IMG/VR virus record: IMGVR_UViG_3300025570_000007 | DNA length: 64,000 bases | Source: a virus | Strand: one strand, 5' to 3' | Part shown: positions 8,758 through 18,601 of the stretch, one piece after another | How positions within the stretch are numbered: the first letter of the stretch is position 1 | How the letters are laid out: each line of letters begins with the position of its first letter | Program-made: the position numbers and the translations under genes | Notes under the pieces: model-generated | Told to the model about the DNA's origin: nothing | The model's input: only the letters and a program-made list of their open reading frames with translations | Databases searched by the model: none

Positions 8758-10698
8758 TTAATTATCTAAATCTATAATTAGGTCTTCGTTCAGTAGCTCG
8801 TCCTTCTCTTCTATAGGTTCTTCAAAGATAAGTTTTTTCTTTTCTGTGAACATTTCTTTGTTCTGTAAAAAAACTTGCTTTGCAATAGTTCCTACTCTAG
8901 CTGGTGATTTACTACTTTCTTGAACGTTTTCATTATCTGAGGGGTATCCTCCTTTCATACCGTGTCGTCCTAATGGATCTCTTCCTCCCATTCCGTCGTT
9001 TGTTCCGTAATGTGATGCATGTGTTCTTGGTGCTCCACCTTCTGGTCCAGGTTCCCCTACTTGATGAGGTCCTGTTGGGTTTGGATGATCTTCATACCCT
9101 GCTGGTACTTCTCCGAAAGAGACTCCCTTATCTCCTTCAAAAGCTCTTCTACCGTATAGTGTTGCTAGATCGTGAGGTGTTCCGTATGATTTTCCTGATT
9201 TAGATGGATCGTTACCTTCGTTCTCTATTTGAGCTAATCTAAATAATCGTTTGTGATCTTCAGCAATTAGGTCTCTCATCTCTATGTATTGATCCTCTGA
9301 TAAGTTAAATATATTGTCGTAGATAAAGTCAGTTGAGAATAATTTAGAGTCTCTCATTTGATTTGCTAAATCGACTTTTTCTTTCAGTAATGCTACCTTC
9401 TCTTGTTCAAAGATAATTGAAGGATTTGTAAGTTTAATTTCGAAGTTAGTTAGAGCTGCTCCTTTAAACCCTTGTGCGTATAAATGTACTAGTGCTATCT
9501 TGGTTAACTCTGATTCTAATATTCTCTGTACTCTCTCTACAGTGTGAGCAAACCTAACATCTTCTGCTGCTATAGTAGCTTTACCCGATAAGTCTTCTTC
9601 ATATCCGAAATAAGCTTTTGGTATTTTAAGTGCTGCGAATAGTTTAGCTCTGAGGTATTCTATATCGTTTGTACCGTCGTATTGTAGACCTGGTGTAGTT
9701 TCAATTCTTGTTGATTGATCTCCTCCTCTTATTGGAAGGTAAAAATCTTCCATCATGTTCATCATGTTGAAACGTAAGTTGTAATCCCCTGTCTGTGGAT
9801 CAACGTACGGTGTTTTCTTCATGGTATTAATAGTCTTCTGCATGAACTGCTCTACCTCTTGAGGTGGAATCTGTCCTACGTTAACATAGAAGGTTCTCTT
9901 CTCAGGAGCTCTCATTATACGATGTATTAGCATCGCATCTTCCATTAAGGTTAGCTGTTTATATATCTTTCTACCTGGTTCTATGTAAGCTCGTCCGTAC
10001 GGTAAGTAACTTGTATCTGCTATTAACCTAAAGTGAGCTACTTCGTAATTATCAAACTCTAATATTTTTGAATTGTCTCTGCGATGTACTGTAGGATCTT
10101 GTGATGCTGCAATTCCGTCAGGGTCTAACTGGAATGTTACCTTGGTTGGGTTTTCAGGGTCAAGACCTTCTGTCCTTGTCATATGGTACACCGTATAAGG
10201 TAGTACGTTAAATACTCCAAACTCTTCTGCAATCTCTAATTTTAAGAAAAAGTCACCGTATTTACACATATTCCTTGTCCAAGACCATAGGTTAAATTCT
10301 ATGTTAAGTACGTCGTAAAATAGATTGTAAAGTACTCTCTGCAGGTTTTCATCAGAAGATTTAATAGAGAGTACTTCTCCCATATCATTCTTTAGAGTCG
10401 CTTCATCCGCTATAATATCTAATGCTGACATTATAATTGCATCTGAGTCCATTGCTTCATAATCTGCGTATAGTTGGATACGGAGTGTTTGGTAATTTAA
10501 ATTAGGGTTAAATATATTTTTATTGTTGTAAATATATAATCTCGAGAACCTGTCAACAAGTGAGTTTGTCTGGTATTTCCCTGTTTTCTGTATTTGATTT
10601 ACATCAACTACTTTTAACTGGTCGCCGCCAACATTTCTTATTACTACATCAGAAGAAAACAATCTTCCTAGTCTCTTAAATAGTGAAGTATCTGCCAT
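8758..10698 (-). CDS. Portal protein, T4 gp20-like
   Basis: MEDAMLIHRIMRAPEKRTFYVNVG.IPP, MMEDFYLP.RGG, T.I.T.PG, KLFAALKIP. Confidence 0.96.
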   Translation of the reverse strand: MADTSLFKRLGRLFSSDVVIRNVGGDQLKVVDVNQIQKTGKYQTNSLVDRFSRLYIYNNKNIFNPNLNYQTLRIQLYADYEAMDSDAIIMSALDIIADEATLKNDMGEVLSIKSSDENLQRVLYNLFYDVLNIEFNLWSWTRNMCKYGDFFLKLEIAEEFGVFNVLPYTVYHMTRTEGLDPENPTKVTFQLDPDGIAASQDPTVHRRDNSKILEFDNYEVAHFRLIADTSYLPYGRAYIEPGRKIYKQLTLMEDAMLIHRIMRAPEKRTFYVNVGQIPPQEVEQFMQKTINTMKKTPYVDPQTGDYNLRFNMMNMMEDFYLPIRGGDQSTRIETTPGLQYDGTNDIEYLRAKLFAALKIPKAYFGYEEDLSGKATIAAEDVRFAHTVERVQRILESELTKIALVHLYAQGFKGAALTNFEIKLTNPSIIFEQEKVALLKEKVDLANQMRDSKLFSTDFIYDNIFNLSEDQYIEMRDLIAEDHKRLFRLAQIENEGNDPSKSGKSYGTPHDLATLYGRRAFEGDKGVSFGEVPAGYEDHPNPTGPHQVGEPGPEGGAPRTHASHYGTNDGMGGRDPLGRHGMKGGYPSDNENVQESSKSPARVGTIAKQVFLQNKEMFTEKKKLIFEEPIEEKDELLNEDLIIDLDN

Positions 10699-10724
10699 TA
10701 ATATGGTTTAGTTATAAATATGTG

Positions 10725-12299
10725 TTATTTAAAGATCCATGAGATATCCTCGCTCCCATGAGTCGTTTGAATAATATAAGGATTATTTTGCTGGCTGCCA
10801 ACGGAAGATATGATTGCTTTGTTGTTGGCATTTAAATTTGTGAAAGATGATAACTGTGCTCTAGACAGGTCTAACCCTTGTTGACGGAGTCTTAATGCAG
10901 TATCACGTACATACAGGGCTGTTGCAAAGGCCATCAATAAGTCATCGTTATAATTCGTCTGTGCTTGTGCTTTACCGTTCTTCCATACAAATACTCTCAT
11001 TTCTCCGAGTAGTCGTTTTGACTGTATTGTTACACTTTTTTCACGTACGTACTCCATCATTTTAGCAATCACTAATGGACGGGTTCTCATCGACATTGTA
11101 AAGCCCGGTACTAGTTGATCTCTTTCGTACTTTATCATATACGATTCAACTGTGTCTAACTGGTTCTTAGGACTGTAGTATAGATTCTTGTATTCCCGTT
11201 CAAGTACCTGTTCGATTGTAGACCATCCTATATTTGCATTCTCTATGACAAGTAGTGCATCATTATAATCAGATGCTACACCTACTAGTATGTTTCCTAA
11301 CTGTTTCGGGGATACCTTGCCTTTATATTCCCCTACTTGTACACAAGCTTCTATGTCAAAAATATGGAATCCTGAGTAATCTTTAGAGTCCCCTCTTGAT
11401 ACATCTGCTACAACCATATACGATTTTGTATAGTCTGGCTGTTCCCATATCCATAAGTTATGGTCTACTCCTCTTTTCTCTACTGGGTCTGTTTGGTAGG
11501 TTTGTTCGTAGAAAGACAGGTCTTCCGGTTCAAATACAGTATCACCCGAAGCTAAGAAATCACAGTCACATTCCTGTGCTGCCATCCTTTCCCCAAGGTC
11601 CCTGTCTTGTAAGTCTCTCCACTCTTGACTTCTTTCAGGATGTACCGTCCAAGGTAGCCTAACCGGTAAAAATGAATTTTCACCTGTTTCTGCTTTTTCC
11701 CATGTTAAGTGAAACCAGTTACCAATTCCGTTAGGAGTTGATAGTGCCATACACTGTCCCCCTGTAGCTAACGTTTGTTGTGCAGCTGCAAATGTTTCGT
11801 CAATGTTGTCAATAAAGGCTGCTTCATCGAGAATTAACAGTGATACCGCTTCTGAACGAGCAGCATCTGAGTTAGATGATTTGGCTTGTATTTTAGATCC
11901 GTTTTTAAGTCTAAGTGATAATTTGTTCTTCTCAACGTGAGACAGCTTTAACCATTTAGGTAGTTGGTCGTACATGAAAATCACTTTTGATACAAGGTTT
12001 CTTGCTGTTGCTTGTGTAGTTGCTAAGGCTAGTACGTTTTTATCTTTATGGAATATCATCAACCATAAACTGTAAGCAGCTGATAGTGTTGAGATACCTA
12101 GCTGTCTTGACTTAAGTGTTATGATGTATTGATGATCCTTAAATAAGTGGAGTACTTCACTTTGAAAAGGGTATAGGTTGAATAGGATTCTACCTCTCTG
12201 TGGATGTTGTATATAACAATACTTCCTCATAAAGTAGGCAGGGTCCTTTGCACACTTGATATACTCTTGTGCAACTATCTGTTTTATGTTTTGTGCCAT
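10725..12299 (-). CDS. terL: Terminase large subunit, T4 gp17-like
   Basis: LYPFQ adenine motif, KSRQLGIST Walker A variant, LILDEAAF Walker B, STPNG coupling motif, ADVSRG..DYS and DDLLMA nuclease motifs. Confidence 0.96.
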   Translation of the reverse strand: MAQNIKQIVAQEYIKCAKDPAYFMRKYCYIQHPQRGRILFNLYPFQSEVLHLFKDHQYIITLKSRQLGISTLSAAYSLWLMIFHKDKNVLALATTQATARNLVSKVIFMYDQLPKWLKLSHVEKNKLSLRLKNGSKIQAKSSNSDAARSEAVSLLILDEAAFIDNIDETFAAAQQTLATGGQCMALSTPNGIGNWFHLTWEKAETGENSFLPVRLPWTVHPERSQEWRDLQDRDLGERMAAQECDCDFLASGDTVFEPEDLSFYEQTYQTDPVEKRGVDHNLWIWEQPDYTKSYMVVADVSRGDSKDYSGFHIFDIEACVQVGEYKGKVSPKQLGNILVGVASDYNDALLVIENANIGWSTIEQVLEREYKNLYYSPKNQLDTVESYMIKYERDQLVPGFTMSMRTRPLVIAKMMEYVREKSVTIQSKRLLGEMRVFVWKNGKAQAQTNYNDDLLMAFATALYVRDTALRLRQQGLDLSRAQLSSFTNLNANNKAIISSVGSQQNNPYIIQTTHGSEDISWIFK

Positions 12300-12358
12300 T
12301 TATTATCTATAATGTATTATATAAATAGCTACGGTGTATGGAAAGATATTTCTATTTT

Positions 12359-12985
12359 CTATAAAGGCTCGTCTCCTTTTTCAAAATCTACATCTTCACC
12401 GCTAAGGTCTTCAGGTTCTCCAGCTTCATCTCCTAATGGTACATCTTCTGCAGGAGGTGTTTCGTCAAATGCATCTTCTCCAGGTGCACCACCTTCTCCA
12501 CCAGGAAATTCTCCACCACCACCACCTCCGGCTGCAAATGGATCATCTGCTCCTCCTTCTTCTTCTGCTCCTTGAATTGGTGCTGTTTTATAAAGTATGG
12601 CTAGTTTATCTAGTGCTTGTTGAAATTCGTCTACTGTACCCAGGAAGTACTTTTTTCCTTGTATAGTTGCTTGGAAGTTTTTTCCTGACCATTTTAGTGT
12701 AAAGTCCTGATCGTTCTGAAGATTAATTCTAAATTCTGTAGGTCGGGGTGATACCCAGTCTATTGTTTTTACAAACTCTTTATAGTCTTTAGTCATTAAC
12801 TTAGTTAACGACTTCTTAAGGGTTGGAAATTTTTCAAGCATAGTATCTGTAGCATCCGGTAATACGGCTTCCGTACTTGCTGTTTCGTCTCCTTTTGGGT
12901 CTTCTGGTTGTGGCTCTTCATCTTGTTCTAATAGAACTTCAATATAAGCTTCTTCCATTAATTTTATAAGGTCTCTTTTTTTCAT
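12359..12985 (-). CDS. Hypothetical protein with acidic Gly-rich tail, putative head protein
   Basis: Long ORF; N-terminus MKKRDLIKLMEE...VLLE. Confidence 0.55.
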   Translation of the reverse strand: MKKRDLIKLMEEAYIEVLLEQDEEPQPEDPKGDETASTEAVLPDATDTMLEKFPTLKKSLTKLMTKDYKEFVKTIDWVSPRPTEFRINLQNDQDFTLKWSGKNFQATIQGKKYFLGTVDEFQQALDKLAILYKTAPIQGAEEEGGADDPFAAGGGGGGEFPGGEGGAPGEDAFDETPPAEDVPLGDEAGEPEDLSGEDVDFEKGDEPL

Positions 12986-12991
12986 CTTTTA

Positions 12992-14509
12992 TTAAATTAA
13001 TCCGCTTAAATCTAATGATATTCCTATAGCTTTTGCAGCTTTAACTAGGATAGGTTTCATCTGCTTTCTCTTCTCCTTGCTACCGTTTTTATAGATTTCT
13101 AGCATTCTAATGTACTTCTGTCTTGGAGTTTCCTCGTCTTCGTTCTCATACATATCTTTACCGTACTCAACTTCTCTATCTGCTCTCTCTAAATCTTCCC
13201 AAGGTTCAAATGTATCTTTTGAATCATCTTTAGGAGCATCTTTATCAGTTTTATTAGCTTTTGCTTCTCTCACGTAACTTGTTAGAATCCTCTTAGCATC
13301 GTCAATAGCATTCTCTAATTCAGTATCGTCTAACTCGCTCCAGTACTGCCTATCGTCTCCGTCTAAGTACTGTCCTGATACTTTCTCCCATTCATTTTCT
13401 ATCTCTCCTCCTATATCCCATATTTTACCTTCTAGTTTACCTATCTGTTCAACATACGGATTTACAACTCTGTCTGTATTTCCTGAGCCTTGCATTGGTC
13501 CGAATTCTTTTATAGACTTTTTAATATGAGATGATCGGTAATGGTCTTTTAGGTATTCTATTATCTCTTCTGCTGCATCAGATTCACTTACACCGTCCTC
13601 AGATGCTCTACTCTTTATAATGTTTACAATATCATCTCCATCTCCTCTACCTTCACTAACATCTTCTGTTTCGTTTAAAGCTTGAAAATGCTTTACCATA
13701 TTGTTCTTTATAACGTCTCTATGTACTATTGCTTCTCCTGAAGGTTTTACACCTACTTCTCCTATCTCTTTGTCGAAGGAAAAATCTGCTAAATGTAGCG
13801 TATCTTGGTCGATATGAAAAGCAAAATCATCTTCAAAATCATTCTTATACTTTATAAATATTTCAAATGAATTAGGCTCTACATGATGTATCTTAGCACT
13901 ATCGATTTCTTCACCAACTTCTCTTAAGGCAGTCGCTAACGCTTTTCCTACCTCTCTTGCAATTGCCTGGGTCTCTTCTACACTAAACTCTATTCCTCGT
14001 TCTTCTTTAATCTCTTCTCCATCTGCTGTCTTAATACTCTCTACATCAGAATTATCTTTTAACTTATCTAATTCTTTCTTATCTGTATATTCAGCTGGTT
14101 GACCGTTTATAAAAGCTGTTTTTTCTCCTTCTTTTATTGTAGACTTCTCTAGAAGAGCCTTAATATCACTGTATTTTTTCATTTTTGATTCTTTAATCAT
14201 AATGTACCTATTATCTTCTGTTTTTTCTGCTTCTCCGTTGGAAATAAAACTGTTCCATACTCTCTCTGCATCTTTTGTCATTGCTTGATCTGAGTATAAT
14301 CCTTTTGTTAGTTTGTCGTTTGCTGCTCTGTAGAGTTCTTTTCCTATTCCTACTCCTCTATAGTCTTTAGATACTGTAACAGAGTCAACTTGGTAAGAAT
14401 CTTTAAAAGGCTTTAACCTCAGTGCTCCTACTTTCTTATCGCCTACTACCGCAATAACTACCTTCTTTCCGTTAGCTTTTATAAAACGAAAGTCTATAGT
14501 TTCTTCCAC
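12992..14509 (-). CDS. GNAT-domain fusion to a putative internal head protein
   Basis: N-terminal VDSVTVSKDYRGVGIGKELY (GNAT acetyl-CoA motif R.xGxG); remainder acidic with repeated IKE sites. Confidence 0.65.
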   Translation of the reverse strand: MEETIDFRFIKANGKKVVIAVVGDKKVGALRLKPFKDSYQVDSVTVSKDYRGVGIGKELYRAANDKLTKGLYSDQAMTKDAERVWNSFISNGEAEKTEDNRYIMIKESKMKKYSDIKALLEKSTIKEGEKTAFINGQPAEYTDKKELDKLKDNSDVESIKTADGEEIKEERGIEFSVEETQAIAREVGKALATALREVGEEIDSAKIHHVEPNSFEIFIKYKNDFEDDFAFHIDQDTLHLADFSFDKEIGEVGVKPSGEAIVHRDVIKNNMVKHFQALNETEDVSEGRGDGDDIVNIIKSRASEDGVSESDAAEEIIEYLKDHYRSSHIKKSIKEFGPMQGSGNTDRVVNPYVEQIGKLEGKIWDIGGEIENEWEKVSGQYLDGDDRQYWSELDDTELENAIDDAKRILTSYVREAKANKTDKDAPKDDSKDTFEPWEDLERADREVEYGKDMYENEDEETPRQKYIRMLEIYKNGSKEKRKQMKPILVKAAKAIGISLDLSGLI

Positions 14510-14510
14510 C

Positions 14511-14972
14511 TTATTCTGGCTTTTTATTCCCTACAATTTCTTTATAGTCCTGCATAGTAAGAATCTCATCATGTGTACTTCCTAACCTTATTGCTCTTTC
14601 TGCTACATCGTGAAGATCCATATCTGATTTAGCGTCTTCTTTTGCGTATTCTAATAACCGTATAAATAGTGGAATATCTAATGTTACCTTATCAGCAGGA
14701 TTTTCAGATTCCCCTACGAAGTTTAACTCTTCTTCAGTTTCTGCAGCTGCTACTAGGTCCATTAGGTGCCTGTCTTGAAGCAATTCGGTGTTTAGTGCCG
14801 TAAATGCGTTCATAAAATCATCTCCTCGTCCTACATGTGCTATATAATCTCGACCATCCTCGTAGGTATTCTCTAAATACTTTGTTAGTGATTCAAGTGC
14901 GTCCATATCATACCCCAGGTAGTATGTATTGTCTTCGGTAAAAGCTTCTACAATTAGCTTACTTAGCTTCAT
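14511..14972 (-). CDS. Hypothetical protein, putative internal head protein
   Basis: MKLSKLIVE N-terminus; C-terminal D.VTLDIPLFIRLLEYAKEDA..DMDLH domain; late-type motif upstream. Confidence 0.6.
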   Translation of the reverse strand: MKLSKLIVEAFTEDNTYYLGYDMDALESLTKYLENTYEDGRDYIAHVGRGDDFMNAFTALNTELLQDRHLMDLVAAAETEEELNFVGESENPADKVTLDIPLFIRLLEYAKEDAKSDMDLHDVAERAIRLGSTHDEILTMQDYKEIVGNKKPE

Positions 14973-15002
14973 ATTAATGTATTTTTATATAAATAGCGGT
15001 GA

Positions 15003-15578
15003 TTACTTGAAATGTTGCTTTAGGTGAGTAGTGTATTCCTTAATTCCGTCCATTATCTTCTTTTTCTCGTTTGAATTAGAATTCCAATCCTCAATATCGC
15101 CCTGTTCTGTAACAAAGGTAGATTTTGCATTCACTAAGTCTAGTGCCCAAGCTTCTATATCATTAGCAAATGCGCTCATATTTCCTTGCATCATTCTCTC
15201 CTCATATTGCTTATATAGCCCTGCTTTTCTTAACTTAGCTTCATATCCAATAGTGCAATCAAAACAGAATCCATGTATCTTATACATTTTTTTTGCTAAA
15301 TGATGCTTCATCGAACCTTTACACTTCGGACATGTTAGCGGAATACGTAAAGCTTTTTTTGCTGCATCTAGTTTAGTAATATTCTGCTTTAATCCGTTTT
15401 TTATTGTCCACTGTTTTCCGCCTTCTTCCCAAAAATCTCCTTCTTTATGTCTTTCTGAACTTCTTTTGTATCCTGTTTGAGATTTTGTAGCTGCAGTAAA
15501 GTCTTTATTGACTATATTACGTACTCTTTCTATATCGGATTTCTTAAATTCTTTCTTTAGTAACGATTCTTTACTCAT
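15003..15578 (-). CDS. Hypothetical zinc-binding protein
   Basis: CPKC...CFDC pairs. Confidence 0.6.
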   Translation of the reverse strand: MSKESLLKKEFKKSDIERVRNIVNKDFTAATKSQTGYKRSSERHKEGDFWEEGGKQWTIKNGLKQNITKLDAAKKALRIPLTCPKCKGSMKHHLAKKMYKIHGFCFDCTIGYEAKLRKAGLYKQYEERMMQGNMSAFANDIEAWALDLVNAKSTFVTEQGDIEDWNSNSNEKKKIMDGIKEYTTHLKQHFK

Positions 15579-15723
15579 TATTCAACTTTATTTTATATTC
15601 ATGATAAGCTTCAGCAAATTTTAACATCACTTTCCACTTCCTTCCAGCACTTCTTCCTCCTGTGTATATCTCTCTAGGTTGTTTTGCTGACCAGTTACGG
15701 TAGTATTCTTCAACTTCACTCAT
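15571..15723 (-). CDS. Small hypothetical protein, 50 aa (not in track)
   Basis: MSEVEEYYRNWSAKQPREIYTGG...KLNNE*, overlapping both neighbours. Confidence 0.55.
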   Translation of the reverse strand: MSEVEEYYRNWSAKQPREIYTGGRSAGRKWKVMLKFAEAYHEYKIKLNNE

Positions 15724-16261
15724 ATCCTAGTGCTATTAATGTTTGTATTACTTCGTCTGAATCACCGTCTTTGCATCGTATTGCTATACCTCCTGCTTCT
15801 TGCCATTCTTTAATGTTAGACTTCTTATCGTCTATTAGGATTGCATTGGGAGATGCGTATCTCTGCTTGTCTTCCGAGTATGCGAATATAACCTTAGGTG
15901 GCGGTACTATATTATCCCTAACCCAGAGATTCTTACCTAACCTAGATGTGTCGTCTCTAGAAGGAGATGTTAATAAGTCCGGTGTATATTGTGCTAAGAA
16001 TGACCACAGTTTCTTACCTTGTGGCATCCAATTCATTTTTTGCCAAAACTGTATACCTATCTCTTGATCTATTAACTTCCAGAAAATAGGGTCTCCGTAA
16101 TCCTCTAAAAATTCATCAGGAGTTTTTCCTGTGAAGTGTTCGAAACGTCCTTTAAAATCTGTCAATACCCCGTCCATGTCACAGTAGATCTTATACGGCG
16201 GTATTTCTTTAATAGGGTATGCTTCTAATAAATCTACTAATTGTCCCATAACCATTTCCAA
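15716..16261 (-). CDS. HAD-superfamily 5'(3')-deoxyribonucleotidase-like phosphatase
   Basis: IYCDMDGVLTDF motif I, LTSP motif II, K..W, ILIDD...NI.EW..AGG motif IV. Confidence 0.88.
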   Translation of the reverse strand: MEMVMGQLVDLLEAYPIKEIPPYKIYCDMDGVLTDFKGRFEHFTGKTPDEFLEDYGDPIFWKLIDQEIGIQFWQKMNWMPQGKKLWSFLAQYTPDLLTSPSRDDTSRLGKNLWVRDNIVPPPKVIFAYSEDKQRYASPNAILIDDKKSNIKEWQEAGGIAIRCKDGDSDEVIQTLIALGYE

Positions 16262-16593
16262 TTTTCTTCTTCTTGTGATGCTTTCTTCTCGTACGGATGA
16301 TCCGTATAGGAAAGTCCCATATTTGAATACCTAACATACCAGGTAGGTGACTGGAGGTAGTGTTGGTATTCATGTATTATTGTTCTAGCTAAATCCTCTT
16401 TTGATTCTATGTTATTACAGTATATTGTGATTTCATTACCTGTAAAGCAATACTGTCCTTTAGCTGTATCTCCTTCATAGGCTAGTTCATACTCTAAGTA
16501 AGGAGTGCATGGTTGAAATTTAGAGTATCCGTAAAAGTTACATACTTCAGTAATATACTCTTTAGCTAATCTCCTTACAGTTCTTTTATCCAT
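16237..16593 (-). CDS. Zincin-like metallopeptidase
   Basis: RTIIHEYQHYLQ (HExxH) and Y.DHPYE.KA. Confidence 0.75.
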   Translation of the reverse strand: MDKRTVRRLAKEYITEVCNFYGYSKFQPCTPYLEYELAYEGDTAKGQYCFTGNEITIYCNNIESKEDLARTIIHEYQHYLQSPTWYVRYSNMGLSYTDHPYEKKASQEEENWKWLWDN

Positions 16594-17236
16594 TGCTATT
16601 TTTTACCTTATCTTCCCATGTTCTAAAAGTCATGTTTCCTTTTAGGTATGCTTCTTTTTCTATCTCTTGAAGACTTTCATCTTCATTAACATTAGAAGTG
16701 TTTACATTACCTAACCTATCTTCCATATTTTGCATATGGTGTATCATCTCATGAGTAAATGATCTCATAACATCTTTCGGATGCCTACCTTCTACATACA
16801 GAACTACTTCCTTCTTAACAGGATCATAGTAAGCTGTTTTACCGAAAAAGTCTGCTGATTCTACCATATCTCTTCTTATCTTAATTTCCGGAAGAGGTTG
16901 TATTTTCATACCTAAGTCTACCATGTGTTCTAAAATAGAGCCCATAAAAGGAGTAAAGCTGTATCCAGCACTGTCACTATGTTTTGCTAACTTAACAATT
17001 ATTCTATCATTATTAAGTACAACTTCATATTCCTGTCCTAGTGAGTTATAAAGCTCTTTATATACCTGTGTGAGTTTTGCTCTGTCTTCTGAAGCTATTG
17101 GTGCAGCTGGAGATATGTGTGTTCCTGCTGATCCTTCTGTTGTTCTGACCTTCTTTTCGAAGAGATGTTCATCCCTTAAGGTATTATTAACAGCTTCATG
17201 CATGTTCTTTGTTGCTTCGTCTAGTGCTGATTTCAT
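16586..17236 (-). CDS. Zincin-like metallopeptidase domain protein
   Basis: TAYYDP...GRHPKDVMRSFTHEMIHHMQ (HExxH) and E.EA. Confidence 0.75.
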   Translation of the reverse strand: MKSALDEATKNMHEAVNNTLRDEHLFEKKVRTTEGSAGTHISPAAPIASEDRAKLTQVYKELYNSLGQEYEVVLNNDRIIVKLAKHSDSAGYSFTPFMGSILEHMVDLGMKIQPLPEIKIRRDMVESADFFGKTAYYDPVKKEVVLYVEGRHPKDVMRSFTHEMIHHMQNMEDRLGNVNTSNVNEDESLQEIEKEAYLKGNMTFRTWEDKVKNSNG

Positions 17237-17750
17237 ATTTAATTACATTTATTACATTCTCCTTATCTTCAGTCGATAATTGACTGGGTATCCATTCACC
17301 TTTTTCGAGGTACTCTGTTTGAGTTCTTATAGCAGAAGCAGAGAGTTTATTTTCTTCATCTCCTATCCTTGGAAGCTCTACTAATTCAACTTTCAAGTAT
17401 TTCTCCTTATTCCTCTTACTTTTAAAATAAGCAAACTTTTTTAATTCCTCCGGTAATGAACCTGTTATAATTTTCGAATACGTATCGTAATATGCATCTA
17501 CATAATCGTAAATATCTTTTATAGGGGATCCTTTAGAAAGTACTATGTCTGTATTAGCTGGAAGATATTTTAAATATATTTTCCATATCTCTGCTGACTG
17601 CTTAGGAGTTATAGTTATTCCCTCTCTGACTACTGATCCTATAAATATAATTAGCTTATCAGAACTGTTTCCTAACATAACTGCATTTTCGAAGTGTGCT
17701 TTGTGGGGTGGTTTAAACCCTCCTGCGTATAGTGATACTGTTGGTTTCAT
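17196..17750 (-). CDS. HIGH-superfamily (cytidylyltransferase-like) nucleotidyltransferase
   Basis: GGFKPPHKAH (HxGH-like) and LSASAIR (KMSKS-like SAT..R). Confidence 0.85.
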   Translation of the reverse strand: MKPTVSLYAGGFKPPHKAHFENAVMLGNSSDKLIIFIGSVVREGITITPKQSAEIWKIYLKYLPANTDIVLSKGSPIKDIYDYVDAYYDTYSKIITGSLPEELKKFAYFKSKRNKEKYLKVELVELPRIGDEENKLSASAIRTQTEYLEKGEWIPSQLSTEDKENVINVIKYEISTRRSNKEHA

Positions 17751-18601
17751 AGTTCTCTAACTGCTTTTAATGCTTTTTCTTTATTATGTCCTTTATCTGT
17801 CCCTATCTCTCCTGATTTTACGGATACCATACTTTCGAAGATACCTTTTACTCTATTAAATGATCTTTCTGTGGTTAGTTTTCTACTAATGTCTGTCAGT
17901 AGTTCAGCAAAACTTCCTTCTATGTTGTAATGTGTAAGTAATTTTTCGACTAATCTCCAGTCGGTTGTTGACCATATATGCTCTTTTTCAAGAGTATGAA
18001 AATCTCTATCCAACTTTACTTTTCTTACCTCTAATCTACTAGAGCTAAGGTTAAATTCATACTCTTCATCCCATCCCATAAGTGCAGGAAATTCTTCTAT
18101 CCCTAATCGTTCTGCTACTTCGTAAAAATCTTCTTCTATTAAAACTGTTTTAACTAGTCCTAATACTAACCCCTGTTTTTCTGCAGGTAAATTTAAGAAG
18201 TTGTACTTAAATAAACTCTCTTCTTCTGTTAGTGCTATTATATTATCTACCTGGATGCATTCTAAAGCTCCTCTTATTGGAAAAAGAACTGTGATTATCT
18301 CCCCTGAATTGTAATACTTTCTTCCTAGGTATTTACTGCTTCTGAAAGGTATTATAATATGTTCAGGTAAGGAGTTGGTGACTTTTAGTATTTTTTTCTT
18401 TACTTGTTTCTTATCTGTTCCTTCAATATATACTATTATATCTAAATCTCCATAGACTATTTTCTTTCCTGCAACTACGCTTCCTGACAGTCTTGCATGT
18501 ACAAATCCAGGTACTTTCTTTAAGACTGTATCTATGTATGATTGAAATGTATCTTGTACATCTCTCTTATGTATCATCGAACCTCCTGCTACTCCGCTCA
18601 T
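17747..18601 (-). CDS. DNA polymerase beta-superfamily nucleotidyltransferase
   Basis: LSGSVVAGKKIVYGDLDIIV (hGS..DxD) plus IQVD third carboxylate. Confidence 0.75.
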   Translation of the reverse strand: MSGVAGGSMIHKRDVQDTFQSYIDTVLKKVPGFVHARLSGSVVAGKKIVYGDLDIIVYIEGTDKKQVKKKILKVTNSLPEHIIIPFRSSKYLGRKYYNSGEIITVLFPIRGALECIQVDNIIALTEEESLFKYNFLNLPAEKQGLVLGLVKTVLIEEDFYEVAERLGIEEFPALMGWDEEYEFNLSSSRLEVRKVKLDRDFHTLEKEHIWSTTDWRLVEKLLTHYNIEGSFAELLTDISRKLTTERSFNRVKGIFESMVSVKSGEIGTDKGHNKEKALKAVREL

